DNA of 40,347 bases, taken from IMG/VR virus record IMGVR_UViG_3300020477_000059, positions 1-40,347 of that record. One strand, 5' to 3'. Each line of letters opens with the position of its first letter. Positions within the stretch are counted from its first letter, which is position 1. This DNA is from a virus (taxonomy: Duplodnaviria; Caudoviricetes). The notes under the pieces are model-generated. The model worked only from the letters and a program-made list of their open reading frames with translations, ran no database searches and was not told the origin of the DNA. The position numbers and the translations under genes are program-made. Shown in pieces: positions 28,700-37,312 of the stretch.

Positions 28700-31561
28700 A
28701 TGGCAGATTCAAGAAAGTTTAAGTTTGTATCCCCCGGAGTTTTCCTCGATGAAATCGACAAGTCTCAACTCCCAAAAATCCCACAAGATATTGGTCCAGT
28801 AGTTATCGGGAGAACCCTCCGCGGTCCCGGACTGAAACCAGTTAGGGTAACTTCAATGGCAGAATTTGAGGCAGTATTTGGAAGTCCCGTTGCTGGAGGT
28901 GAAACCGGAGATGTGTGGAGAAATGGAAATAGAACTTCTCCCATGTATGCAACTTATGCTGCACAAGCATGGTTGAAAAATCAAAGTGCCTTAACCGTCG
29001 TTAGACTTTTGGGTGCCCAACATCCTCAAGCAGCTGCCGCAGGTGCTGCTGGGTGGTCTGTTTCTGCCGAGGGAACCAACTTGACCAGTAACGGTGGAGC
29101 ATACGGTCTTTTCGTAATGCCATCAGGGTCAAATAACCTGACTGCATCACTGGCAGCAGTGTGGTATTTGCAGGGCGGTTATGTTAAGTTACTAGGAGAT
29201 TACCCCGAAGGAACTGCTGGTGCAGATGGCGTCGGTACAATCGTGAAGAGTAACGGAGGAGACTTCCAGTTCAAGGCCGCAATCGGAAAAGGTTCGGCAG
29301 CAACAGTTACCTCTTCTTTTAACTTTAATCCAAATTCCGATTTATACATCAGAAAAGTGTTCAATACCGACCCAACATTGTTGGGGGATGTGAATACTGT
29401 TAAGTCCGATTATTTCTTGGGAGAAACATTTGAGAGAAGCTTGTTCGACAGCACTGCTGGAGGAACTACCAACCCCAACGCAGCAAAAGGCAAAGCTTTA
29501 GCGTTCGTTTTGCCTATCGCAAACGGATATAATCACGAGAGAGTTGTAACCGCAGCACAATCAGGGTGGGTTATTGCTCAAGATTTGTCAGATAACTATG
29601 CATCATATTCCGCATCTAATATGGAACAGCTTTTTAGGCTCGTTGCACTAGATGAGGGAGAAGAGGCACAGAGAACTGTTAAAATTACAATTTCAGACAT
29701 TAAAGCATCTTTAGATCCCGTCAATGATCCTTATGGAACATTCACGGTACAAGTGAGAGACTTAAAGGACCACGACGGCAAAGTCAAAGTTCTGGAATCA
29801 TTCACTGGATGCTCTTTGAATCCAAATTCTGCAAACTATATTGCCACCAAGATTGGTGACAAGTACAGAACTTGGGACAACGACAAGAGAAGGTACATGG
29901 TATATGGAGACTACAATAATCAGTCCAAATATGTCAGAGTAGAGGTGAAGGAGAAAGTTGCAAACGGTGGGTTAAATCCACTTTCGTTACCTTTTGGGTT
30001 CAAGGGACCAACTAGGTTATCTCCCTGCACAATCGCATCACAAACCATCACCGGCACCACAATTATTGGTGCAGATAGTCTCGCAACATCTCTGAACAAA
30101 GAGTCGAGTGTTGATATTACGACTTCTGGATCAGCTGCCGCTGGTTCATTGGTTGCTCTGAAAGCGGTCTTCCCGAAGCTGGCACTTAGGGTGTCAAGTT
30201 CCGACGGAGGCATAACCGATCCTTCAAATGCTTGTTTTGGTTTCGAGTCAACAGAGAGAACTACAAATCAATTTGAAAAAAGTAACCTTGATATGTTGAG
30301 AGCAAAACCAAAATCTTATGATTCTTTCGATGGTTCTAAGACAGGTGTCGAACACCAGTTTGTATTTTCCTTGGATGACTTACACTACATCTCTGGTTCT
30401 GCCGGTGTGCAAAATCACGCTGCTTATGTGGAAGGAACTAGAAAACTTGGAAATTCCATTTCTGCAACCACCAGTGCTTCTAAAGCACCCGCACTTTCAA
30501 CAAACTATGGTTCCTACACTTCCGTTTTAGATGCGGGATTTGATAGCTTTACGATGCCACTGTTTGGAGGTTCGGACGGGTTAGACATTAAGGAGAGAGA
30601 TCCTTTTAGAAATTCGGGTCTTACTACTGCTACAGAGCAAAATAGTTCACCATTCCACTCACTCAAGAGAGCAATTGATTCAGTTTCGGATTCCGAAGTT
30701 GTTGAGATGAACGTCGCATGTGTTCCTGGTATCACCAACACAAGCATCACTGATCACTTGATTACGACTTGTGAATCAAGAGGTGATGCACTTGCCGTCA
30801 TCGACCTTCCAGGTGGATACGAACCACTTCACGAATCTACTTCTGCCGCATCAGCAAGACAGGGTTCTACTGATAGTGTTATTAGTAAGTTGAAGAACAG
30901 AGGATTGAACTCAAGCTATGCCTGCTCTTTCCATCCTTGGGTTCAGGTGAGAGATACTGCTGGTGCAGGAAGTTTAATTTGGATGCCACCTTCCATTGCT
31001 GCCTTGGGAACTTTTTCAAGTACCGATAAAAAAGCAGCACCGTGGTTCGCACCAGCTGGGTTCACTCGTGGTGGATTAACTGACGGAGCAGCTGGCGTAC
31101 CGGTTGTCGGAGTTCGTGAGCAACTCTCCAGAAAAGAGAGAGACAAACTCTACGAGAGAAATGTCAATCCGATTGCAAAGTTTCCAGCAGAAGGTATCGT
31201 TATCTTTGGTCAAAAAACTATGCAAACCACCCCATCGGCACTTGATAGAATCAACGTCCGACGTTTGATGATTCACGTTAAGAAGGGCATTTCTAGAATT
31301 GCTTCTACCCTACTTTTTACCCCCAATGTTAAAGCAACATGGAATAGATTTACGGGTCAAGCAAATCCATTTTTGGAGCAAATCAAAAATGATTTTGGAC
31401 TGACAGACTTCAAGGTTGTCTTGGACGAATCAACAACTACCGAGGATTTGATTGATAGAAATATCATGTATGCGAAGGTATTGTTGAAACCAACCAGAAC
31501 TGCCGAATTTATTGCGATTGATTTTACAATTCTTCGCAGTGGAGCATCTTTTGACGATTAA
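28700..31561 (+). CDS. gp18: Contractile tail sheath protein, T4 gp18 family (953 aa from ATG 28700)
   Basis: FVSPGVFLDEID; PWFAPAGFTRG; GQKTMQ..PSALDRINVRRL; LKPTRTAEFI.IDF. SD AAGGAG spacing favours ATG 28700 over TTG 28694. Confidence 0.96.
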   Translation: MADSRKFKFVSPGVFLDEIDKSQLPKIPQDIGPVVIGRTLRGPGLKPVRVTSMAEFEAVFGSPVAGGETGDVWRNGNRTSPMYATYAAQAWLKNQSALTVVRLLGAQHPQAAAAGAAGWSVSAEGTNLTSNGGAYGLFVMPSGSNNLTASLAAVWYLQGGYVKLLGDYPEGTAGADGVGTIVKSNGGDFQFKAAIGKGSAATVTSSFNFNPNSDLYIRKVFNTDPTLLGDVNTVKSDYFLGETFERSLFDSTAGGTTNPNAAKGKALAFVLPIANGYNHERVVTAAQSGWVIAQDLSDNYASYSASNMEQLFRLVALDEGEEAQRTVKITISDIKASLDPVNDPYGTFTVQVRDLKDHDGKVKVLESFTGCSLNPNSANYIATKIGDKYRTWDNDKRRYMVYGDYNNQSKYVRVEVKEKVANGGLNPLSLPFGFKGPTRLSPCTIASQTITGTTIIGADSLATSLNKESSVDITTSGSAAAGSLVALKAVFPKLALRVSSSDGGITDPSNACFGFESTERTTNQFEKSNLDMLRAKPKSYDSFDGSKTGVEHQFVFSLDDLHYISGSAGVQNHAAYVEGTRKLGNSISATTSASKAPALSTNYGSYTSVLDAGFDSFTMPLFGGSDGLDIKERDPFRNSGLTTATEQNSSPFHSLKRAIDSVSDSEVVEMNVACVPGITNTSITDHLITTCESRGDALAVIDLPGGYEPLHESTSAASARQGSTDSVISKLKNRGLNSSYACSFHPWVQVRDTAGAGSLIWMPPSIAALGTFSSTDKKAAPWFAPAGFTRGGLTDGAAGVPVVGVREQLSRKERDKLYERNVNPIAKFPAEGIVIFGQKTMQTTPSALDRINVRRLMIHVKKGISRIASTLLFTPNVKATWNRFTGQANPFLEQIKNDFGLTDFKVVLDESTTTEDLIDRNIMYAKVLLKPTRTAEFIAIDFTILRSGASFDD

Positions 31562-31575
31562 AAATCGAGATAGAA

Positions 31576-31583
31576 AGTATTTA
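31576..31583 (+). promoter_or_regulatory. Variant candidate late promoter AGTATTTA
   Basis: One mismatch to ACTATTTA; 20 nt before the tube ATG. Confidence 0.4.
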
Positions 31584-31603
31584 CATTAAGGAGAAAAATA
31601 CAA

Positions 31604-32173
31604 ATGGCAAATTTTTGGACAAACCCCTCAACATCCCCCAAGAGATCTTATAGGTTTACCTTAACGGTAGGTGCTCTTGGAGAAGAAAATACTTGGTTGG
31701 TAACTCAGGTCAAGAAACCCTCTGCCACTATCGGTGAGGTGAGTCACAAGTACCTTAATCACACTTTTTATTATCCCGGTAGAGTAGAGTGGGATACAGT
31801 CAATGTAACTCTTGTAGATCCAGTTTCTCCAAACGCAGCTGGGTTGATGGCAAAAGCAATCGAAGATGGTGGATACACTATTCCTGGTAATGCTACCGTT
31901 ACTGATGCGATCACCAAGGCAAAGGCAGTAAACGCACTAGGTCAGGTTAAAATTGAGCAATTTGACACCGATGGAGCATCTCCCGTGGAAACTTGGACTC
32001 TGAAAAATGCTTTCATCACCAATGTTGATTGGGGTGAATTAAATTATGAGTCAGATGACTTAACAAATATCACACTTACGATAAGATATGATTGGGCAGA
32101 GTGCAATACGGCAACAGAAGAAGCAACCAATGACCCAGCAAGCGGAGCAGGTGAATTTTTCAAAAGCCAGTGA
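31604..32173 (+). CDS. gp19: Tail tube protein, T4 gp19-like
   Basis: PKR.YRF, YYPGRVEW..V.VTL.D, ETWTLKNAF...VDWGEL.Y, ITLTIRYDWA; directly follows the sheath. Confidence 0.92.
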   Translation: MANFWTNPSTSPKRSYRFTLTVGALGEENTWLVTQVKKPSATIGEVSHKYLNHTFYYPGRVEWDTVNVTLVDPVSPNAAGLMAKAIEDGGYTIPGNATVTDAITKAKAVNALGQVKIEQFDTDGASPVETWTLKNAFITNVDWGELNYESDDLTNITLTIRYDWAECNTATEEATNDPASGAGEFFKSQ

Positions 32174-32192
32174 TAAGAAAGCGTAGGTAAAA

Positions 32193-33050
32193 ATGGCAAA
32201 AAGAAATAATCTCGATAAGATCGGGGCAGAAGTGGATAACTCTGCCCCTGTTTCTGTATCTGGAGATCAATTAAGTTTTGCAGTTCCAACAGAATTTGTG
32301 GAACTGCCATCTGGTGGAAGGTACTATCCGGAAGGACATCCCCTACACCTACAAGATACGATAGAAATTAAGTTTATGACAGCAAAAGAGGAGGACATCT
32401 TAAATTCTCCTGCCCTCTTGAAGCAGGGTGTTGCAATCGATAGGCTGTTGCAGAGTATCATTCTTGATAAGAATGTTAGAGTGTCAGATTTGCTAATCGG
32501 AGATAAAAATGCTCTTGTTATTGCAGCAAGAATTTCCGGATATGGAACTGATTATTCTGCAAAGTTTTCTTGCCCCGAATGCAATGCAAGAGAGACTATG
32601 GAAGTTGATCTTGAGGAATCCAAACGATTTAGTGGGGCAACCAAGAATGCTATTGAACACCTTGAGGAAATAGAGGTAAGTCAAGACGGGTTTCCATTGC
32701 TTACTTTGCCAAAGTCTGGCCACAAGGTGGAGATGAAGTTCTTAACGTCGAAAGATGAAACAGAACTTGAGAAAGCAGAGAAGAGTCGTGAAAAGCATAA
32801 CCTTCCTCCGTCATCTTTGACCGATTTGGTAAAGAGAATGGTAAGGAGTGTCAACGGATCTAGGGAGGGGGGAACCATCTCCCAATTCGTCGATACAATG
32901 CCAGCAATGGATTCGAAATATGTCAGGGGAATTTACAAGTTGATTAACCCCACTATGAAATTAAAGCATGATTTCGTGTGTAAATCTTGTAACTATGATG
33001 GGACTTTGGAGGTTCCCATCACTCCTACGTTTTTTTGGCCTGACGAATGA
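32193..33050 (+). CDS. Tail/baseplate-hub assembly chaperone (T4 gp26/gp51-type, two CxxC pairs)
   Basis: VELPS.G.YY, MTAKEEDIL, L.IGDKN...IAARI..YG, CPEC and CKSC, ends FFWPDE; lies between tube and tape measure. Confidence 0.8.
   Translation: MAKRNNLDKIGAEVDNSAPVSVSGDQLSFAVPTEFVELPSGGRYYPEGHPLHLQDTIEIKFMTAKEEDILNSPALLKQGVAIDRLLQSIILDKNVRVSDLLIGDKNALVIAARISGYGTDYSAKFSCPECNARETMEVDLEESKRFSGATKNAIEHLEEIEVSQDGFPLLTLPKSGHKVEMKFLTSKDETELEKAEKSREKHNLPPSSLTDLVKRMVRSVNGSREGGTISQFVDTMPAMDSKYVRGIYKLINPTMKLKHDFVCKSCNYDGTLEVPITPTFFWPDE
33030..33036 (+). other. Candidate programmed frameshift site (T7 run, ACG TTT TTT TGG)
   Basis: A +1 shift continues FF-GLTNEYIESVYEEFF...; position equivalent to the lambda G/GT and P2 E/E' sites. 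Confidence 0.7.
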
Positions 33051-33225
33051 GTATATTGAGTCTGTTTACGAGGAGTTTTTTAATCTCAAATATCACGGTG
33101 GGTGGAGTTTCGTAGAAGCATATAATCTACCGATCAAGGTACGGAGATGGTTCCTGCAAAGACTCGTTAAACAGTTTGCAGACGAAAAGGAGCAGATGGA
33201 AAAAGCATCTAAAAGAAGAAGGTGA
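33037..33225 (+). CDS. 62-aa +1-frame extension of the chaperone (predicted fusion about 343 aa)
   Basis: YEEFFNLKYHGGWSFVEAYNLPIKVRRWF resembles small gp51-like/chaperone-extension peptides; no in-frame ATG/GTG/TTG between the T run and this motif. Confidence 0.7.
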   Translation, partial: GLTNEYIESVYEEFFNLKYHGGWSFVEAYNLPIKVRRWFLQRLVKQFADEKEQMEKASKRRR

Positions 33226-33242
33226 TGCTTTCTCTTTTTTCT

Positions 33243-33250
33243 ACTATTTA
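33243..33250 (+). promoter_or_regulatory. Candidate late promoter motif ACTATTTA
   Basis: Intergenic, 19 nt before ATG 33270, ahead of SD GGAGG. Confidence 0.55.
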
Positions 33251-33269
33251 TTAGTTGGAGGACTCGTGT

Positions 33270-33596
33270 ATGGAAAATAAAGAACCTATGACAATCGATC
33301 TTAATGCAGCTGCCAACGGAGAGATTAATGAGAGTTTTCTTAAAGCATTTGGTAGTCTGGTTAAAGTAGCAATGAGATATGTTTTTGGCGACAATGTTGC
33401 GATTCCTGTGAACGTCAAGGGAACCAAAAACCAGATTCAAGATTTCGCAAGAGTCCTCGGAAAAGAAAAGAGATACCTGTCAGCATATCAGAGATATGGT
33501 TTAGATAACCCTATCACACACAGAAATAGAGCAAGCCTAAAGACAGCTGTCCGTAATTTTGAGAAAAGCACAAAGATCAAGTGGCCTTTCAAATAG
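33270..33596 (+). CDS. Hypothetical 108-aa protein
   Basis: SD GGAGG at 33257-33261 supports ATG 33270 over TTG 33255; fills the gap before the tape measure gene. Confidence 0.75.
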   Translation: MENKEPMTIDLNAAANGEINESFLKAFGSLVKVAMRYVFGDNVAIPVNVKGTKNQIQDFARVLGKEKRYLSAYQRYGLDNPITHRNRASLKTAVRNFEKSTKIKWPFK

Positions 33597-33607
33597 GGGG
33601 GTAACTG

Positions 33608-36163
33608 ATGGACGAAACAGATCTGAATGCACTTAAATCTGCGTTAAAAGAGTTCACAAGAGAATTAAAGAAAAGCAACGACCAGGCGGCCGCACCGAAC
33701 CAGAACAACCCGTTCAGTTCCCCAACCACTTCTGGAACAAGTGGAGTCCGTGGCGCAGCTGAGTTTGCTAAAAATCAACGAGAAAAAGAAGAGAAAGCAG
33801 AGAATGCCTCTATGGAGAGGCAAAGGGATTTCCTCGAAATAATGAAGCTCAAGAACGAGGGCAAAACAGAGGAACTAGCATTACTCAGAGATCAATTGAT
33901 AGCAGAGAAGGATGTGTTGAAAAGTCAAATTGATGCACTAAAGATGAAAGAGCAGTTGAGTGCCGAAGATGAGAAGAAGTTAAAGAATTTAAAAATTGAG
34001 TACAATGAGTTGCTTAAAAACAAAGCAGCAACCGGCATGTCTCTAGAGAACCTAAAAGAAAAGAACAAGGAACTGGAAAAAGAGAACAGAACAAAGAGAG
34101 TTCTCAGGGAATTGGATGAGGAGAGGGTCACTCTCGCACAAGAATCCGCATCCATCGTTTCCGACACTATAGACAGTTTAGGGAAATCGACAAAACTACA
34201 AGTAGATCCAAAAAGAGGAGTTGCAGGATTCCTCCGAGCCGTTGTTCAAGATGCTGGCGCAAGAGAGGCAGCACTGGATGCCTTTAAGGAAAGGGTCGAA
34301 AAGTGGAAATCCCTAGCAACTAAGGCAAATCTGCTTGGTGCTGCTTTTGAGTTTGTAGCTAATGCACTTGGGAGTATTGTCACTCTCGGATTCAAAGGGT
34401 TGATCAGGGTTCTCCAAGCCGTAATGGAAGGCATTGTTGGTGCTGTGCTTTTATTTGATAAACTCGGAGCCAGCATTGCCAAAAGCACAGGTCATGGCAG
34501 GGAATTTGCACAGCAATATATGGATGTTGCCGGAGCACTTGATGATACTGGGACAACTATGGCAGAACAGGTGGAAATGATGAACGAACTTGGGTCTTCC
34601 CTTCGCGGCGTCGGTGGCATGACCATCGATACAATGGGTGCCTTTGCAAACCTCGGCATAACCGCAAAGAGATTGGGAATGGACATCCAAGATCTTACAG
34701 AGATAACAAAGTTTCAGACTATTGGTCTTGGCAGAAGCACCGAAGAGGTGACTCAATCAATCTCGAACCTCAATGCAGCTGCCGTCACAATGGGTATGGA
34801 CTTTTCGGAATTGAGCAAACAATTTGTCAGCACACAAGGAACCTTTGCTGCCTTCGGTCATCGATCAGAAAAAGTGTTTTTAAGAACAGCATCCATGGCC
34901 AGACAACTGGGAGTTGAACTTTCCGACGTGGTTCAGTTGGCTGATAAATTTAAAACATTTGATTCTGCTGCCAATTCTGTTGCAGATCTGAACTATATCA
35001 TGGGTGGGCAATTTTTAGATACAATGGAAATGATGCAACTAAGAGCAACCGAGGGCCCCGAAGGTGTCGCAAGAAGAATAAAGGAGAATTTTGATGCAAT
35101 GGGGCAAAGTTTTTCCGATCTCTCTTTTCACAAACAGGAAGCACTTGCCGAAGCAGCTGGCATGACAATGGATAAAGCAAGAAACTTTTTCATGGGCATG
35201 GCAGACGAAAACGAAACGACAGCTGTCGAAAGAGCAACACAAAGTTTCAACGAGTTCGCAAAACGTGGTAGAGAAACCATGACTATTATGACAAGAATAG
35301 GGGATATAGCAATGAGTGTTGCTCAACAACTTGCCAAAGCTTTCGGTTTTGATAAGTTTGCTACTGGGAACATTGAAGAACTGCTTACAAAATTCGAAAC
35401 TTTTGCAAAGGAAGATTTGGTGGGAAATCTTGTCCCGATCATAAGGAATGACATCATGCCCTTCCTCAAGCAAATAGGCACACTCCTTGGAAATATGGCA
35501 AACAGTAGGTTATTGGGTGCAGATCCCACCAAGAACAGGGTCGAATCGCAACTCAACAAGATGAGAACCGCGCTTGGGGAAGAGCAATTTAATCGTCTCG
35601 TAACGGAAGATGCTCGTTCAACCGAGGAGGGAGCTATAGATCAAAATGATCGAATACAAGCACAGGTAAAGATGATACAGCAGTCAAACCTTGCAAATAG
35701 CAAAAAAGCAGAATTGCTGAAAGAAATAATGAGATTGGAAAAGGAAATTTCAGAAGATGACAATGAGTTTCTCACATCAGCCAGCGTCACCGATGAGAAG
35801 TTTAGGAAAGCAGTAGAGATGAGACATCTTGGAAATCAAGTCCCGCAAGAATTTACCACAGCTCTTGGCATTCGCACTTTCGGAAAGTCCGGAGTTCCGG
35901 AACAAGCACTAGGTGGAATGACCTTATCCAGTGGTGCAGTAATGGTCGGTGAAAAAGGACCAGAGATTGTTGTCTTGCCAACAGGGGCAACAACAATACC
36001 TAACGACGCATTTGCAAGAACGGGCTCTCCATATAATATGGACACAACCCCATCCCAAAGAGGACAGGGAGAGACGAAGGTCGAAGTTAGCATAAATGTG
36101 GATGATAGAAAACTAAGAGAAGTATTCTCAACGACAGTTGAGCAAGTTTTGGTGGGGGCATAA
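33608..36163 (+). CDS. Tape measure protein
   Basis: Long helical/coiled-coil, Ala/Met/Glu-rich; C-terminal ALGG......VGEKGPE motif; canonical position after the chaperones. Confidence 0.85.
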   Translation: MDETDLNALKSALKEFTRELKKSNDQAAAPNQNNPFSSPTTSGTSGVRGAAEFAKNQREKEEKAENASMERQRDFLEIMKLKNEGKTEELALLRDQLIAEKDVLKSQIDALKMKEQLSAEDEKKLKNLKIEYNELLKNKAATGMSLENLKEKNKELEKENRTKRVLRELDEERVTLAQESASIVSDTIDSLGKSTKLQVDPKRGVAGFLRAVVQDAGAREAALDAFKERVEKWKSLATKANLLGAAFEFVANALGSIVTLGFKGLIRVLQAVMEGIVGAVLLFDKLGASIAKSTGHGREFAQQYMDVAGALDDTGTTMAEQVEMMNELGSSLRGVGGMTIDTMGAFANLGITAKRLGMDIQDLTEITKFQTIGLGRSTEEVTQSISNLNAAAVTMGMDFSELSKQFVSTQGTFAAFGHRSEKVFLRTASMARQLGVELSDVVQLADKFKTFDSAANSVADLNYIMGGQFLDTMEMMQLRATEGPEGVARRIKENFDAMGQSFSDLSFHKQEALAEAAGMTMDKARNFFMGMADENETTAVERATQSFNEFAKRGRETMTIMTRIGDIAMSVAQQLAKAFGFDKFATGNIEELLTKFETFAKEDLVGNLVPIIRNDIMPFLKQIGTLLGNMANSRLLGADPTKNRVESQLNKMRTALGEEQFNRLVTEDARSTEEGAIDQNDRIQAQVKMIQQSNLANSKKAELLKEIMRLEKEISEDDNEFLTSASVTDEKFRKAVEMRHLGNQVPQEFTTALGIRTFGKSGVPEQALGGMTLSSGAVMVGEKGPEIVVLPTGATTIPNDAFARTGSPYNMDTTPSQRGQGETKVEVSINVDDRKLREVFSTTVEQVLVGA

Positions 36164-36166
36164 AAG

Positions 36167-36973
36167 ATGAGCTATTTTAAATCAAATCCAAATCCACCAG
36201 TGGGAAATATCTTTGAGGATCGCACCGATGCAATCGCAGAGAAAAGTGGTTTGGTAATAGAAATTCTCCATGTCCCAAGCAACGAGGTTGTTAAATTCAA
36301 GGCATTCCTCACGCAGTTCGATGATCAGTATCAGACTGAGTTTGCCCAAGAGCAGGTTTATGGGAGGATGGATGCAATCCAATCTTATAGGGGAACTACT
36401 AGGCAAATAAATCTTGCGTGGGATGTCCCATCATCCTCCATAAAGGAGGCAGAGGACCACATGGCACGATGTTCCACTTTAATGAATATGCTTTATCCCG
36501 TATATTCTAAGGCAGCAGGCAAGGGAGTGAAGGGGAAAGTCATGAGCGCACCTCCAATTTTTAAAATCAAGTTTGCTAACCTGATTGCAAACACGCACTC
36601 TGGAACCACAAGTGGTGGAGTCGAATCACAAGGACTATTCGGGACCATTAGTGGATTTTCCTATGCGCCTGACTTAGATTCTGGGTTTTTCAATGTTGGC
36701 CAAGGAACGGACACAAGGATACTGCCACAAACAATATCTTTGTCTTGCATGTTTACGGTTATCCACACCCACGATCTTGGGTGGAACTTCAAAGACAAGG
36801 ACAAGAAGATTTCAAAAGCAGAATCAAAATATCCTTACGGACTAGAGCATAGTGAGTCCTCAAAGGCAAATAAAGCAGATCCTCCAAAAGATAAAAAAAC
36901 CGGTAGAGGTGCCCAAATAGCAAAAGCAAAACAAAATAATGCGACTAATCAAGTGGGGGGAACAAAAAAATGA
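36167..36973 (+). CDS. Tail tube initiator / baseplate-tube junction protein (gp48/gp54 or P2 gpU-like)
   Basis: FKAFLTQFDD.Y...F....VYGRMD.I..Y.GTTR.I.L.W; L..MLYP.Y; APP..KI; follows the tape measure. Confidence 0.7.
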   Translation: MSYFKSNPNPPVGNIFEDRTDAIAEKSGLVIEILHVPSNEVVKFKAFLTQFDDQYQTEFAQEQVYGRMDAIQSYRGTTRQINLAWDVPSSSIKEAEDHMARCSTLMNMLYPVYSKAAGKGVKGKVMSAPPIFKIKFANLIANTHSGTTSGGVESQGLFGTISGFSYAPDLDSGFFNVGQGTDTRILPQTISLSCMFTVIHTHDLGWNFKDKDKKISKAESKYPYGLEHSESSKANKADPPKDKKTGRGAQIAKAKQNNATNQVGGTKK

Positions 36974-37311
36974 CAGATAGAATGGGAAATAGAAAAACTT
37001 ATATTAATTCAAAAAAAGTCTATAAGCACTTGAGGGAAGCTAGGGGTAACAAGAAGTTTATTAAGCATTACGGTAGCCCCGATTTTAAAGAATTGACAGT
37101 TGATGATCTCTCTGCTATTGACACTGTTAGTGAGGAGTGGAAAACAGGGTCAAAGCTTTACAAGTTCGCACACAAGTATTATAATGATTCTACTCTGTGG
37201 TGGGTGATAGCACTGTTTAATCAGAAACCAACTGACTCGCATTTTGCACCTGGAGATGTGGTCTATATCCCCTTCCCACTGGAGCAAGTGTTGGCAATTT
37301 ACGGAATGTAG
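36970..37311 (+). CDS. Baseplate wedge LysM-like protein (T4 gp53 / P2 gpX-like)
   Basis: W..G.KLYKFAHKYYNDSTLWWVIALFN......GDVVYIP; ATGA overlap with the upstream gene. Confidence 0.85.
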   Translation: MTDRMGNRKTYINSKKVYKHLREARGNKKFIKHYGSPDFKELTVDDLSAIDTVSEEWKTGSKLYKFAHKYYNDSTLWWVIALFNQKPTDSHFAPGDVVYIPFPLEQVLAIYGM

Positions 37312-37312
37312 T

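Noticed and set aside
33202-33240. Possible terminator AAAGCATC...GATGCTTT followed by T-rich sequence
   Set aside because: AT-rich stem with a 14-nt loop overlapping the ORF end; too weak to call without a folding calculation
37244-37312. ORF-track start of the hub gene at 37244, and similar upstream starts at 32968 and 33255
   Set aside because: These overlap upstream genes or the SD itself; ATG 37313 and ATG 33270 fit gene packing better, and the 32968 frame is better explained by frameshifting
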